NCBI GenBank assembly: GCA_021813945.1
Contig: JAKAJD010000002.1
Location: 241,719-305,718 of the forward strand
DNA from: a bacterium
Lineage (GTDB): Bacteria > Patescibacteriota > Microgenomatia > Curtissbacterales > GWA2-41-24
Direction of reading: 5' to 3'
Length of the DNA stretch: 64,000 nt
Shown here: positions 9,366 through 17,544 of the stretch, one piece after another
Layout: every line of letters starts with the position of its first letter
Position numbering within the stretch: position 1 is the first letter of the stretch
Notes under the pieces: model-generated
Database searches by the model: none
What the model saw: the letters and a program-made list of their open reading frames with translations, nothing else
Told to the model about the DNA's origin: nothing
Made by a program: the position numbers and the translations under genes

Positions 9366-10420
9366 AATTTGCTTGTATTTGTATTCGGACCTGGCGCTGC
9401 CATAATCCAGCTGTCATCAAGGGCGTTAACGTAAGCGAATAAATCTTCATCACTTTTGAAAACATAAACCGGCTCCAGATAGGCTTGAGAGACACCTGTT
9501 TCCAAATATGCAAGACTTACGCTTCTTATAGGAAAATTGGTGCCGGTTAAGACTTTATTGTAGGAAGCTTTTCCAGCCTTTAGGTCATCAAAAGCTTTTT
9601 GAACTCCTTTCAAAGGATAAGTGGAAAATTTATATTTTTGAATAGTGCGCAAAGAATCTTTGGCGGCGACAACTCCGTTTGCCGAAACCAAAACCCATAA
9701 ATTAGGGTTCTTCAAATTAGGATAAATTACAGGAATTTTATTTAAATCTGCTCTGCCAAAATTGACCTGTATCAAATTTGAAGCTGTCACAGAGGGAACA
9801 TCCGAAAGTTTGGTGCCGTCTACCTTTAAGTTAAAAGTTTTAATGTTCGCCTTCGGAAAATCCGAATCTGAAAGGCCAAAGCCATTGACATATCTTTTAG
9901 CACTAGAAATTGCCTCTTCTTCTGTTTTTGGATGGCCTGAAAGGACTTTCTGGTTATTAAAATAATCGGAACTGACGCTAAAATTTTTTGAAACCGTATC
10001 TATTGTTAAAGTTGTTCCTGTTTGTGAGTTCACAAAAGTTGCTTTTGTACCAATTGTTCCTGTCTGGTCGCGAAACCCTCCCGCTATAGCCAATTTTTTT
10101 GTTTCCTCCAAATCGCCAAAAGAGGGTAATGGTTGCTTAATTCCAAAAACATTTACGATAGAAGGCAAAGCCGGTAAATTTCCGCTTATAGTTTCTAATG
10201 TGTAACTAACATTAGCAGGCGCAGGAACTCCCTCACTAAAACTAACAGGCGGCAATTTTCCAAAAGCGGCTATTGCTACAATTGGAGGTGGGAAAAGAGA
10301 GTCCCTGAGTGATGCGCTGAAAGTATATGCCAAAAATCCCGCAAGAGCGACACTTAAAACTATCATACTCACAACAAATGCTTTGCGGGAAAACTGGGCA
10401 GTGGCAGTTAAATTGGCCAT
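9362..10420 (-). CDS. membrane-anchored hypothetical protein
   Basis: 352 aa, one N-terminal TM, AFGKLP and YLEPVYVF motifs. Confidence 0.75.
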   Translation of the reverse strand: MANLTATAQFSRKAFVVSMIVLSVALAGFLAYTFSASLRDSLFPPPIVAIAAFGKLPPVSFSEGVPAPANVSYTLETISGNLPALPSIVNVFGIKQPLPSFGDLEETKKLAIAGGFRDQTGTIGTKATFVNSQTGTTLTIDTVSKNFSVSSDYFNNQKVLSGHPKTEEEAISSAKRYVNGFGLSDSDFPKANIKTFNLKVDGTKLSDVPSVTASNLIQVNFGRADLNKIPVIYPNLKNPNLWVLVSANGVVAAKDSLRTIQKYKFSTYPLKGVQKAFDDLKAGKASYNKVLTGTNFPIRSVSLAYLETGVSQAYLEPVYVFKSDEDLFAYVNALDDSWIMAAPGPNTNTSKF

Positions 10421-10490
10421 TTAATTGGGTATAATTACGTTGTGATACAATTTTAACCCGCTGGCAAAGCCACGGTCAATTGAATCAAGT

Positions 10491-10547
10491 TTAAGGTTAA
10501 GGACAGGCCTTAACCTTAAGCCTAATCAACGAAAAAGGCCTGCCCTT
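10491..10547. repeat. REP-like doublet with extended palindrome upstream of gltX
   Basis: TTAAGGTTAAGG-ACAGG-CCTTAACCTTAA (10491-10519); AAGGCCTGCCCTT (10535-10547). Confidence 0.8.
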
Positions 10548-10555
10548 TACATAAA

Positions 10556-11806
10556 ATGCAAAAAGTCAAAGTTCGCTACGGTCCATCTCCAACAGGAATT
10601 CCCCACATTGGAAACATAAGAACAGCTCTTTTTAACTTCCTTTTTGCTAAAAGCCAAAATGGCGAATTTTTCTTAAGGATAGAAGACACAGATCAAGCTA
10701 GAATTGTGCCTGGCGCTGTAGAAAAGATAAAAGATAGCCTCAAATCCCTAAATCTTGAATGGGATGCCGACATCGTCTACCAGTCAGAACGCCTCGATAT
10801 CTACCAAAAATATCTCAATGATCTTAAATCAAAGGATCTTGCTTATAACGATGAAGGTGCCTGGCGCTTTAAAATCCAAACCGACAAAAAGTCAGTCGGC
10901 TGGCAAGATGTTGTCCATGGAAAAGTCGAATTCCCGACAAATGTTATTGAAGATTTCATTATCATAAAATCCGACGGCTTTCCGACCTACCACTTTGCCT
11001 CAGTTGTCGATGATCACGAATTAGAAATCAGCCACGTAATGCGCGGCGACGAATGGATATCCTCAACACCAAAACATATTCTTCTATACGAAGCACTCGG
11101 CTGGGAGCATCCCCAGTTCGTCCACCTGCCCCCGATTCTAGGAGCCGACCATAAAAAACTTTCCAAACGAGAAGGAGCAAAATCAGTCTTAGAATATATA
11201 GACGAAGGTTATCTACCCGAAGCAATCACTAATTTCTTAGCACTCTTAGGCTGGTCGCCTAAAGGAAATCAGGAAATATTCTCACTCGACGATCTAATCA
11301 AAGAATTCTCACTCGATCGTATAAACAAAAACAGTCCCATTTTCAATATTGAAAAGTTAAATTGGACGAACGGCCAGTGGATCCGCAAATTGACCAATGA
11401 TGATCTATCCAACCGCCTTTCTATATACAATCCAAAATACGATCAAAAGATACTAAAGGATGTGACTCCTCTTATCAAAGACAGAATTAATAATCTTAAA
11501 GATATTAAGATTGCCGATCTGTTTTTCAAGGCACCTGATCCGAAAGACTTTAAGTTAACAATTTCAGAAGATATCCTTTTAAAACTCATAAAAAATTTTG
11601 AATCGGTAAAAACCTGGTCAACAGATAATATTAAAGAGTCCGCGAACTCCTTACTTGGCCCCAATCTTGAAAAAAAGGACCTGTACCAAAATTTGGGTCT
11701 CAGTCTCTCCGGATCAACAGTTACACCACCCCTATTTGACTCAATGGAAAATCTCGGCAAAGACGAAACAATAAAACGCCTGAAAGCCGCTATCAAGTCG
11801 CAATAG
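10556..11806 (+). CDS. gltX: glutamyl-tRNA synthetase (compact)
   Basis: PSPTG.PHIGN, RIEDTD, SHVMRGDEW, KLSKR. Confidence 0.95.
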   Translation: MQKVKVRYGPSPTGIPHIGNIRTALFNFLFAKSQNGEFFLRIEDTDQARIVPGAVEKIKDSLKSLNLEWDADIVYQSERLDIYQKYLNDLKSKDLAYNDEGAWRFKIQTDKKSVGWQDVVHGKVEFPTNVIEDFIIIKSDGFPTYHFASVVDDHELEISHVMRGDEWISSTPKHILLYEALGWEHPQFVHLPPILGADHKKLSKREGAKSVLEYIDEGYLPEAITNFLALLGWSPKGNQEIFSLDDLIKEFSLDRINKNSPIFNIEKLNWTNGQWIRKLTNDDLSNRLSIYNPKYDQKILKDVTPLIKDRINNLKDIKIADLFFKAPDPKDFKLTISEDILLKLIKNFESVKTWSTDNIKESANSLLGPNLEKKDLYQNLGLSLSGSTVTPPLFDSMENLGKDETIKRLKAAIKSQ

Positions 11807-11828
11807 CTGGTATAATCCTCCTTTAAAT

Positions 11829-12494
11829 ATGAAAGTAAAAGGTAAATCAAAAAAACTATTGGTCGCCGTTTTTGCCCATCCGGACGATGAAGCCTTTGGC
11901 CCTTCAGGTACTCTTGCCAAATTTACCAAAACTCACGACGTTTATATTTTGTGTGCCACAAAAGGGGAAACCGGAATGGGCCCAAAATCTAATCTCGGCA
12001 AAATCCGCGCTCAAGAACTTAAAAACTCAGCCAAAATTTTAGGCATTAAAGACGTTTATTTTTTAGGTTTTAAAGATGGAACCTTATCCAATAATCTTTA
12101 TCACAAACTTGCGTCAAAAATCGAAAAAATTCTCAAACAACTAAAACCTGAAATTCTAATGACTCAAGAACCACAAGGTGTATCCGGCCACATTGATCAC
12201 ATCACTGTTTCCATGGTCACATCTTTTGTGTTTAATAAACTGCCGTTTGTAAAAACACTAATGTATTACTGCATTGACGAAAAAGCCGCAGCCAAAATGA
12301 AAAATTATTTCATTTATTTTCCTCCGGGATACAAAAGATCCGATGTCGACAAAGTAATCGACACAGCCAAATACTGGCACCTTAAAAAAGAAGCAATGAT
12401 GGCCCATAAATCGCAAGCAGAAGACGCCAAAACAGTCCTTTCCAGAATGGAGGATTTACCAAAAGAAGAATATTTCCTCATTAATACTAAATGA
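11829..12494 (+). CDS. PIG-L family N-acetyl-sugar deacetylase (MshB/BshB-like)
   Basis: AHPDDE, T.GE, GHIDH and AHKSQ motifs. Confidence 0.88.
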   Translation: MKVKGKSKKLLVAVFAHPDDEAFGPSGTLAKFTKTHDVYILCATKGETGMGPKSNLGKIRAQELKNSAKILGIKDVYFLGFKDGTLSNNLYHKLASKIEKILKQLKPEILMTQEPQGVSGHIDHITVSMVTSFVFNKLPFVKTLMYYCIDEKAAAKMKNYFIYFPPGYKRSDVDKVIDTAKYWHLKKEAMMAHKSQAEDAKTVLSRMEDLPKEEYFLINTK

Positions 12495-13696
12495 AAATCT
12501 ATAATACTTTTTCAGACCAAAAAGAAACATTAAACCTTAAGGAAAAAATCGGCATTTACGTTTGCGGCATAACACCAGATGCCCCAACTCACTTGGGTCA
12601 CGCTTTTTTGTTCGTAACCTATGACACTCTCATTCGCTATTTAAGGTTTTTGGGTGCAAAAGTTACATATGTGCAAAATGTCACGGATATAGACGATGAC
12701 ATATTAATTCGCTCAAAAGCCGCTGGCCTCTCATGGAGGGCGATGGGTAATATTCAAACTAAAAACTACCTTAAGAACATGGACGCATTAAATGTCATAA
12801 GACCTGATATTTATCCAAAAGCCACACAAAATATCGGCCAAATGATATCAATCATTGAAAAACTCATTACAAAAAAACTGGCATATGTCAAAGAAGGTTC
12901 TGTCTACTTTGCTGTTTCGAAAGATAAAAACTTCGGCAAACTTTCAAAATACGGTTATCCGGCTATGTTGGAAATTGCCAATGAAAGAGGCAATTTTCCG
13001 CAGGATCCAAATAAAAACGACCCTTTGGATTTTGTACTTTGGCAAGCAAAAAAACCAGGTGAACCATCATGGTCTTCGCCATGGGGAGAGGGTAGGCCAG
13101 GTTGGCATATTGAATGTTCTACAATGTCAATGCATTTTCTTGGATCAACGGTCACAATTCACGGCGGAGGTCAGGATCTTATATTTCCACATCATGAAGC
13201 AGAAATTGCTCAATCCGAAAACGTAACCGGTAAAAAATTTGTAAAAATCTGGATGCACACCGCGATGGTTTTTTGCGAGGACAAAAAAATGAGTAAAAGC
13301 CTTGGAAATATGATTTTTATTTCTGATCTTCTTGAAAAATTTTCTTCAGATGTAATCCGCATTCAATTATTGTCTCATCATTATCGGACTGCATGGAATT
13401 ATGATGAAAAAGAGTTTGAAAATGCCAAAGAAACGGTGGAAATCTTCAAAAACCTGGCGAGAGATCAGGCCCTTTCAGCAAAAGGTCAGGCCTTGGCCAG
13501 TGCACAACGAGGAAAAAGGCCTGACCTTAACAAACTAAAAGCAGTCTTGCCTGATTTTTTCAAAGCCTTAGATGACGATTTTAATTCTCCTGCTGCAATC
13601 AGCATATTGGAAAAAGTAGCAAAATCAAAAAATTCAAAAACAAAATCCGCTGTAAATTTGGTCGCTCATCAAATCCTCGGTTTAAGGCAAATATAA
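12491..13696 (+). CDS. CysRS-fold ligase, MshC-like
   Basis: CGITP..THLGHA, VQNVTD.DD, ERGNFP, GWHIECS, KMSKS; 401 aa with no anticodon-binding domain. Confidence 0.75.
   Translation: MKIYNTFSDQKETLNLKEKIGIYVCGITPDAPTHLGHAFLFVTYDTLIRYLRFLGAKVTYVQNVTDIDDDILIRSKAAGLSWRAMGNIQTKNYLKNMDALNVIRPDIYPKATQNIGQMISIIEKLITKKLAYVKEGSVYFAVSKDKNFGKLSKYGYPAMLEIANERGNFPQDPNKNDPLDFVLWQAKKPGEPSWSSPWGEGRPGWHIECSTMSMHFLGSTVTIHGGGQDLIFPHHEAEIAQSENVTGKKFVKIWMHTAMVFCEDKKMSKSLGNMIFISDLLEKFSSDVIRIQLLSHHYRTAWNYDEKEFENAKETVEIFKNLARDQALSAKGQALASAQRGKRPDLNKLKAVLPDFFKALDDDFNSPAAISILEKVAKSKNSKTKSAVNLVAHQILGLRQI
13461..13528. repeat. REP-like doublet inside the MshC-like gene
   Basis: AAGGTCAGGCCTT (13482-13494), 21 nt, AAGGCCTGACCTT (13516-13528); degenerate copy at 13461-13473. 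Confidence 0.85.
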
Positions 13697-13746
13697 TTTT
13701 ACTTGTTGATTTAACCAGAAAAGTCAGTTATCCTACACAAATCTAA

Positions 13747-14199
13747 ATGCCAGCTAAAAAAGTCACTAAAACAAAAAAGGAAGTTAGCCCGCTTTTAAAA
13801 CTACCTTCCTCTCCAAAAAGAAAAATCTCAGTAAACTTTAAAGCAGTAGGCCTCACCCTAGCTATTATCTATTTAGTAATTTGGATTTTAATTGGTGCCT
13901 TTGTTGGACTAGTCATTATCCAAAGTTTAAGACAAGGTGCTTTTGCTGGTTTGTTTGGGCCAAGGGTTGCTGTCCCAACATCCGATAATTCCCAAGCCGC
14001 TTCGCAAACTATTATTCCCGGCATCGGACTTGTAGATGTAGCTTGCGTTAAACAAGCACTACCTCAAGATACGATTCAAAAAATTGTCACATCGGGTGAC
14101 GCATCGTCTCTTACGGCAGACGAAAAGACAAAACTGGAACCTTGCATCCTGCAAAAAGAAGCAGCGTCTCCAAGTCCAAGCGCATCTCCTTCTAAATAG
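13747..14199 (+). CDS. single-pass membrane hypothetical protein
   Basis: Basic N-terminus, TM, two-Cys domain, SP-rich tail. Confidence 0.7.
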   Translation: MPAKKVTKTKKEVSPLLKLPSSPKRKISVNFKAVGLTLAIIYLVIWILIGAFVGLVIIQSLRQGAFAGLFGPRVAVPTSDNSQAASQTIIPGIGLVDVACVKQALPQDTIQKIVTSGDASSLTADEKTKLEPCILQKEAASPSPSASPSK

Positions 14200-14233
14200 A
14201 TTTTAAAACTCAAGCTGTGATATAACTGAATTA

Positions 14234-14761
14234 GTGAGGATTCTGCCCGAACTTCCGATTTCTAAATTCCTTTTTAAAGACAGTCGCACCGCAATTTTCT
14301 GGCTTATTGTCCGCCTTTACGTCGGTTGGCAATGGTGGGAAGCAGGTTACGGGAAAGTTGTTGGACCCGGTAGTGACAAATGGGTGGGCAGTCATGCCGG
14401 AGCCGCAGTCCAGGGATTTTTAATGGGAGCGCTTAAAAAAAGCTCTGGTGCTCATCCGGATGTCCAAAGCTGGTACGCATCATTTATAAGTAATTTCGCC
14501 CTTCACCATACAGTTCTTTTCTCCTATATGGTTGCATACGGTGAATTATTTGTTGCAATCGGCTTAATTCTAGGTCTTTTTACTGGGCTTGCCGCATTTT
14601 TTGGTGGAGTTATGAACGTAAATTATCTGTTTGCTGGAACAGTTAGCACAAATCCGGTTCTTTTAATTTTGGAAATTCCTCTAATTCTTGCCTGGCGAGT
14701 TGCCGGCTTGATTGGTGTTGACCGCTACCTTCTCCCAAGGCTTTTCAAAAAGAAAAAGTAA
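14234..14761 (+). CDS. DoxX/DoxD-family membrane protein
   Basis: RLYVGWQWWEAG..K, GE...IGLILGLFT, GTVSTNP, G.DR. Confidence 0.88.
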   Translation: MRILPELPISKFLFKDSRTAIFWLIVRLYVGWQWWEAGYGKVVGPGSDKWVGSHAGAAVQGFLMGALKKSSGAHPDVQSWYASFISNFALHHTVLFSYMVAYGELFVAIGLILGLFTGLAAFFGGVMNVNYLFAGTVSTNPVLLILEIPLILAWRVAGLIGVDRYLLPRLFKKKK

Positions 14762-14821
14762 TTTAGCGGTTCTTTTTCATCCAATCATGCGCAAAGGAAA
14801 CATTATACTCTCGAACTTAAG

Positions 14822-14983
14822 TTATTTGGCACCCGTTTGTTTTAAAATGGTGTCAATTGCGTCATTTTCTTTGACGCCCTGATGAGAATGGTCGCTTTGG
14901 TTATGAGCTACGTGATAGTCTGCATCTGACTGGCTATTTGCAACATAACCGCAAGCAGGACATTTCCAGTAATACTCCGCCAC
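14822..14983 (-). CDS. 53-aa C2H2-type zinc-finger microprotein (start GTG 14983)
   Basis: SD-like GGGGGTGA before GTG; WKCPACG-x11-HVAH. Confidence 0.6.
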   Translation of the reverse strand: MAEYYWKCPACGYVANSQSDADYHVAHNQSDHSHQGVKENDAIDTILKQTGAK

Positions 14984-15104
14984 GCTTATCACCCCCTCTA
15001 AAATGACAATATAGCGAGGCTGAAAAAGACTGAGATGATAGAAAAGTAAGGATTTTGTAATAGACAAATTTGAATTAAACCTAAGAAGTGCTACAATTTG
15101 CGCC

Positions 15105-16298
15105 ATGGCGACTGTAAACTCAAACTATGATAAGTTGCCTGCCATCTATCTTTTTAGCGAAATAGCCAGAAAAACCGCTGCTTTTGCCAAAAAGAATGCC
15201 GGCGTAGAAATTTTGAAGCTTGGAATTGGCAACACGACGGAACCGATTGGTACGACAATTATTTCCGGCTTTAAAAAAGGCGTCGAAAAATTATCTAAGA
15301 CATCGACGTATTCGGGTTATGGAGACGAGCAAGGCGATCTGCGTTTAAGGAGCGCATTATCAAATTGGTATAAAAAATCAAAAATTCGAATTGACCCCTT
15401 AGAAATTTTCATTTCCGACGGGGCAAAATCTGATTCGGCAAATATTCAATCCATTTTCGGTCCTACTACAAAAGTTGCAATCTGCGATCCGGTCTATCCG
15501 GTTTATAAAGACAGTAATGTAATAGCAGGAAGAAAAGTAATTTATATGCCTTGCAACGAAAATAATGGTTTTTTCCCGGATGTGCCAAAAGAAAAAGTTG
15601 ATTTAATTTATATTTGCAGCCCTAATAATCCTACGGGAGCAGTCGCAACTCAACCGCAACTTAAAAAATTTGTGAATTTTGCCACAGCAAAAAAAGCTGT
15701 AATTATTTTTGACGCTGCTTATTTTGCCTATATCAAAGATCCAAAATTTCCAAAAAGCATCTATGAAATTCCGGGTGCCAAAAAATGCGCAGTCGAAATT
15801 AATAGCTTTTCAAAATGGGCTGGTTTTACTGGCGTGCGTCTAGGTTGGACAGTAGTTCCAATGGATTTAATCTGTCAAAATGCCAAACGGGGTAAGCTAA
15901 ATTCTCTTTGGAATAGAAGACAAACAACCATGTTTAACGGCGCTTCTAATATTGTACAAGAGGGAGGATTAGCGGCTCTTACTCAACAGGGACAAAAAGA
16001 AAGTCAGAAAGTTGTAAATTACTACATGGAAAATGCAAAACTTATAAAAAAAACACTTGAAAGAACAGGTCTTAAAGTATACGGTGGTCAAAACGCACCA
16101 TATATTTGGCTTAAAGTACCAAAGGGTATGACATCTTGGAATTTTTTTGACAAGCTTTTGGAAGAAGCCCATATCGTCGGAACTCCCGGTTCAGGCTTTG
16201 GGCCAAGTGGCGAAGGTTTTTTTAGGCTCAGTGCTTTTGGACACCGCCAAAACATTCAAAAAGCCCTAAGATCAATCGAAAAAAACCTAAAAATATGA
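15105..16298 (+). CDS. dapL: LL-diaminopimelate aminotransferase
   Basis: YLFSEIA, LGIGN, SDGAK.D, SPNNPTG, SFSKWAGFTGVRLG, WNRRQTT.FNG. Confidence 0.93.
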   Translation: MATVNSNYDKLPAIYLFSEIARKTAAFAKKNAGVEILKLGIGNTTEPIGTTIISGFKKGVEKLSKTSTYSGYGDEQGDLRLRSALSNWYKKSKIRIDPLEIFISDGAKSDSANIQSIFGPTTKVAICDPVYPVYKDSNVIAGRKVIYMPCNENNGFFPDVPKEKVDLIYICSPNNPTGAVATQPQLKKFVNFATAKKAVIIFDAAYFAYIKDPKFPKSIYEIPGAKKCAVEINSFSKWAGFTGVRLGWTVVPMDLICQNAKRGKLNSLWNRRQTTMFNGASNIVQEGGLAALTQQGQKESQKVVNYYMENAKLIKKTLERTGLKVYGGQNAPYIWLKVPKGMTSWNFFDKLLEEAHIVGTPGSGFGPSGEGFFRLSAFGHRQNIQKALRSIEKNLKI

Positions 16299-17542
16299 CC
16301 AAAAAAACTTTACCTTTCACGAAAGTCCAAATCGAAAAGATTATCAGGGATTATCCAACACCCTTTCACATATACGACGAAAAAGCTATTCGAAAAAATG
16401 CCAAACATCTGTTAAAAACTTTTTCATGGAATAAGGGCTTTAGAGAATTTTTTGCGGTTAAAGCTTGTCCTAATCCTTACATTTTAAAAATCCTAAAAGA
16501 GGAAGGTTTTGGTGCAGACTGCAGCTCGCTCCCAGAACTGTTGCTTGCAGAAAAAGTCGGTATTGTCGGCGAAAAGATCATGTTTTCCTCAAACGAAACG
16601 CCCGCACGAGAATATCAAAAAGCCGTAGAACTTGGCGCTATCATTAATCTCGACGATATTACTCATTTACAATATTTAGAGAAAAACGCAGGCCTGCCTG
16701 GTCTTATCTGCTTTCGTTATAATCCTGGTCCACTAAGACGCGGCAATACCATAATTGGAAAACCCGAAGAAGCAAAATACGGTTTAACAAAAGAACAACT
16801 GTTCAAAGGATATCAAATTGCTAAAGAAAAGGGTGTAAAAAGATTCGGAATCCATACTATGGTTGCGTCAAACGAGCTAAATCCAGCTTACTTTATTGAA
16901 ACTGCAAAAATGCTGTTATCTTTAACTAATGAAATCTCCAAAAAACTAAGCATCAATTTTGAATTTATAAATATCGGCGGTGGAATAGGAATACCTTACA
17001 AGTTGGATCAAAAAGCTGTCAATTTAGAAACCGTCTCAAAAGGTATAAAAAAACTTTTTCAAAAGTCCGGTAAAATCAATAACCCTAAACTAAAGCTCTA
17101 CATGGAAAATGGACGGATGATCACAGGTCCATATGGATACCTGGTAACAACGGCTCTTCACAAAAAAGAGATTTATAAGAATTACATAGGGGTTGACGCT
17201 TGTATGGCAAATTTAATGCGGCCTGGAATGTATGGGGCCTATCATCACATTACAGTTTTAGGAAAAGAAAAAGCCCAAAAATCCCAAACATACGATGTCG
17301 TTGGGTCACTTTGCGAAAACAACGATAAGTTTGCAATAGACCGCAAACTCCCTAAAATTGAAACAGGAGATATTCTAGTAATTCACGACACGGGTGCGCA
17401 CGGTTTTGCAATGGGTTTCAACTACAATGGAAAATTAAGATCGGCTGAACTTCTTCTAAAGCCAGACGGCAAAGTTATCAAAATTAGAAGGGCAGAAACG
17501 GTAGAAGATTATTTCAGCACCTTAGACTTTTCAAAATTATAA
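16295..17542 (+). CDS. lysA: diaminopimelate decarboxylase
   Basis: FAVKA, NIGGG.GIPY, ENGR, GSLCENND, M.FNYN. Confidence 0.93.
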   Translation: MTKKTLPFTKVQIEKIIRDYPTPFHIYDEKAIRKNAKHLLKTFSWNKGFREFFAVKACPNPYILKILKEEGFGADCSSLPELLLAEKVGIVGEKIMFSSNETPAREYQKAVELGAIINLDDITHLQYLEKNAGLPGLICFRYNPGPLRRGNTIIGKPEEAKYGLTKEQLFKGYQIAKEKGVKRFGIHTMVASNELNPAYFIETAKMLLSLTNEISKKLSINFEFINIGGGIGIPYKLDQKAVNLETVSKGIKKLFQKSGKINNPKLKLYMENGRMITGPYGYLVTTALHKKEIYKNYIGVDACMANLMRPGMYGAYHHITVLGKEKAQKSQTYDVVGSLCENNDKFAIDRKLPKIETGDILVIHDTGAHGFAMGFNYNGKLRSAELLLKPDGKVIKIRRAETVEDYFSTLDFSKL

Positions 17543-17544
17543 AA

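Noticed and set aside
12491-13696. Canonical cysS
   Set aside because: No anticodon-binding domain and MshC-type signatures; left without a gene symbol
14984-15106. N-terminal extension of the zinc-finger ORF
   Set aside because: It covers the dapL promoter; the SD supports GTG 14983
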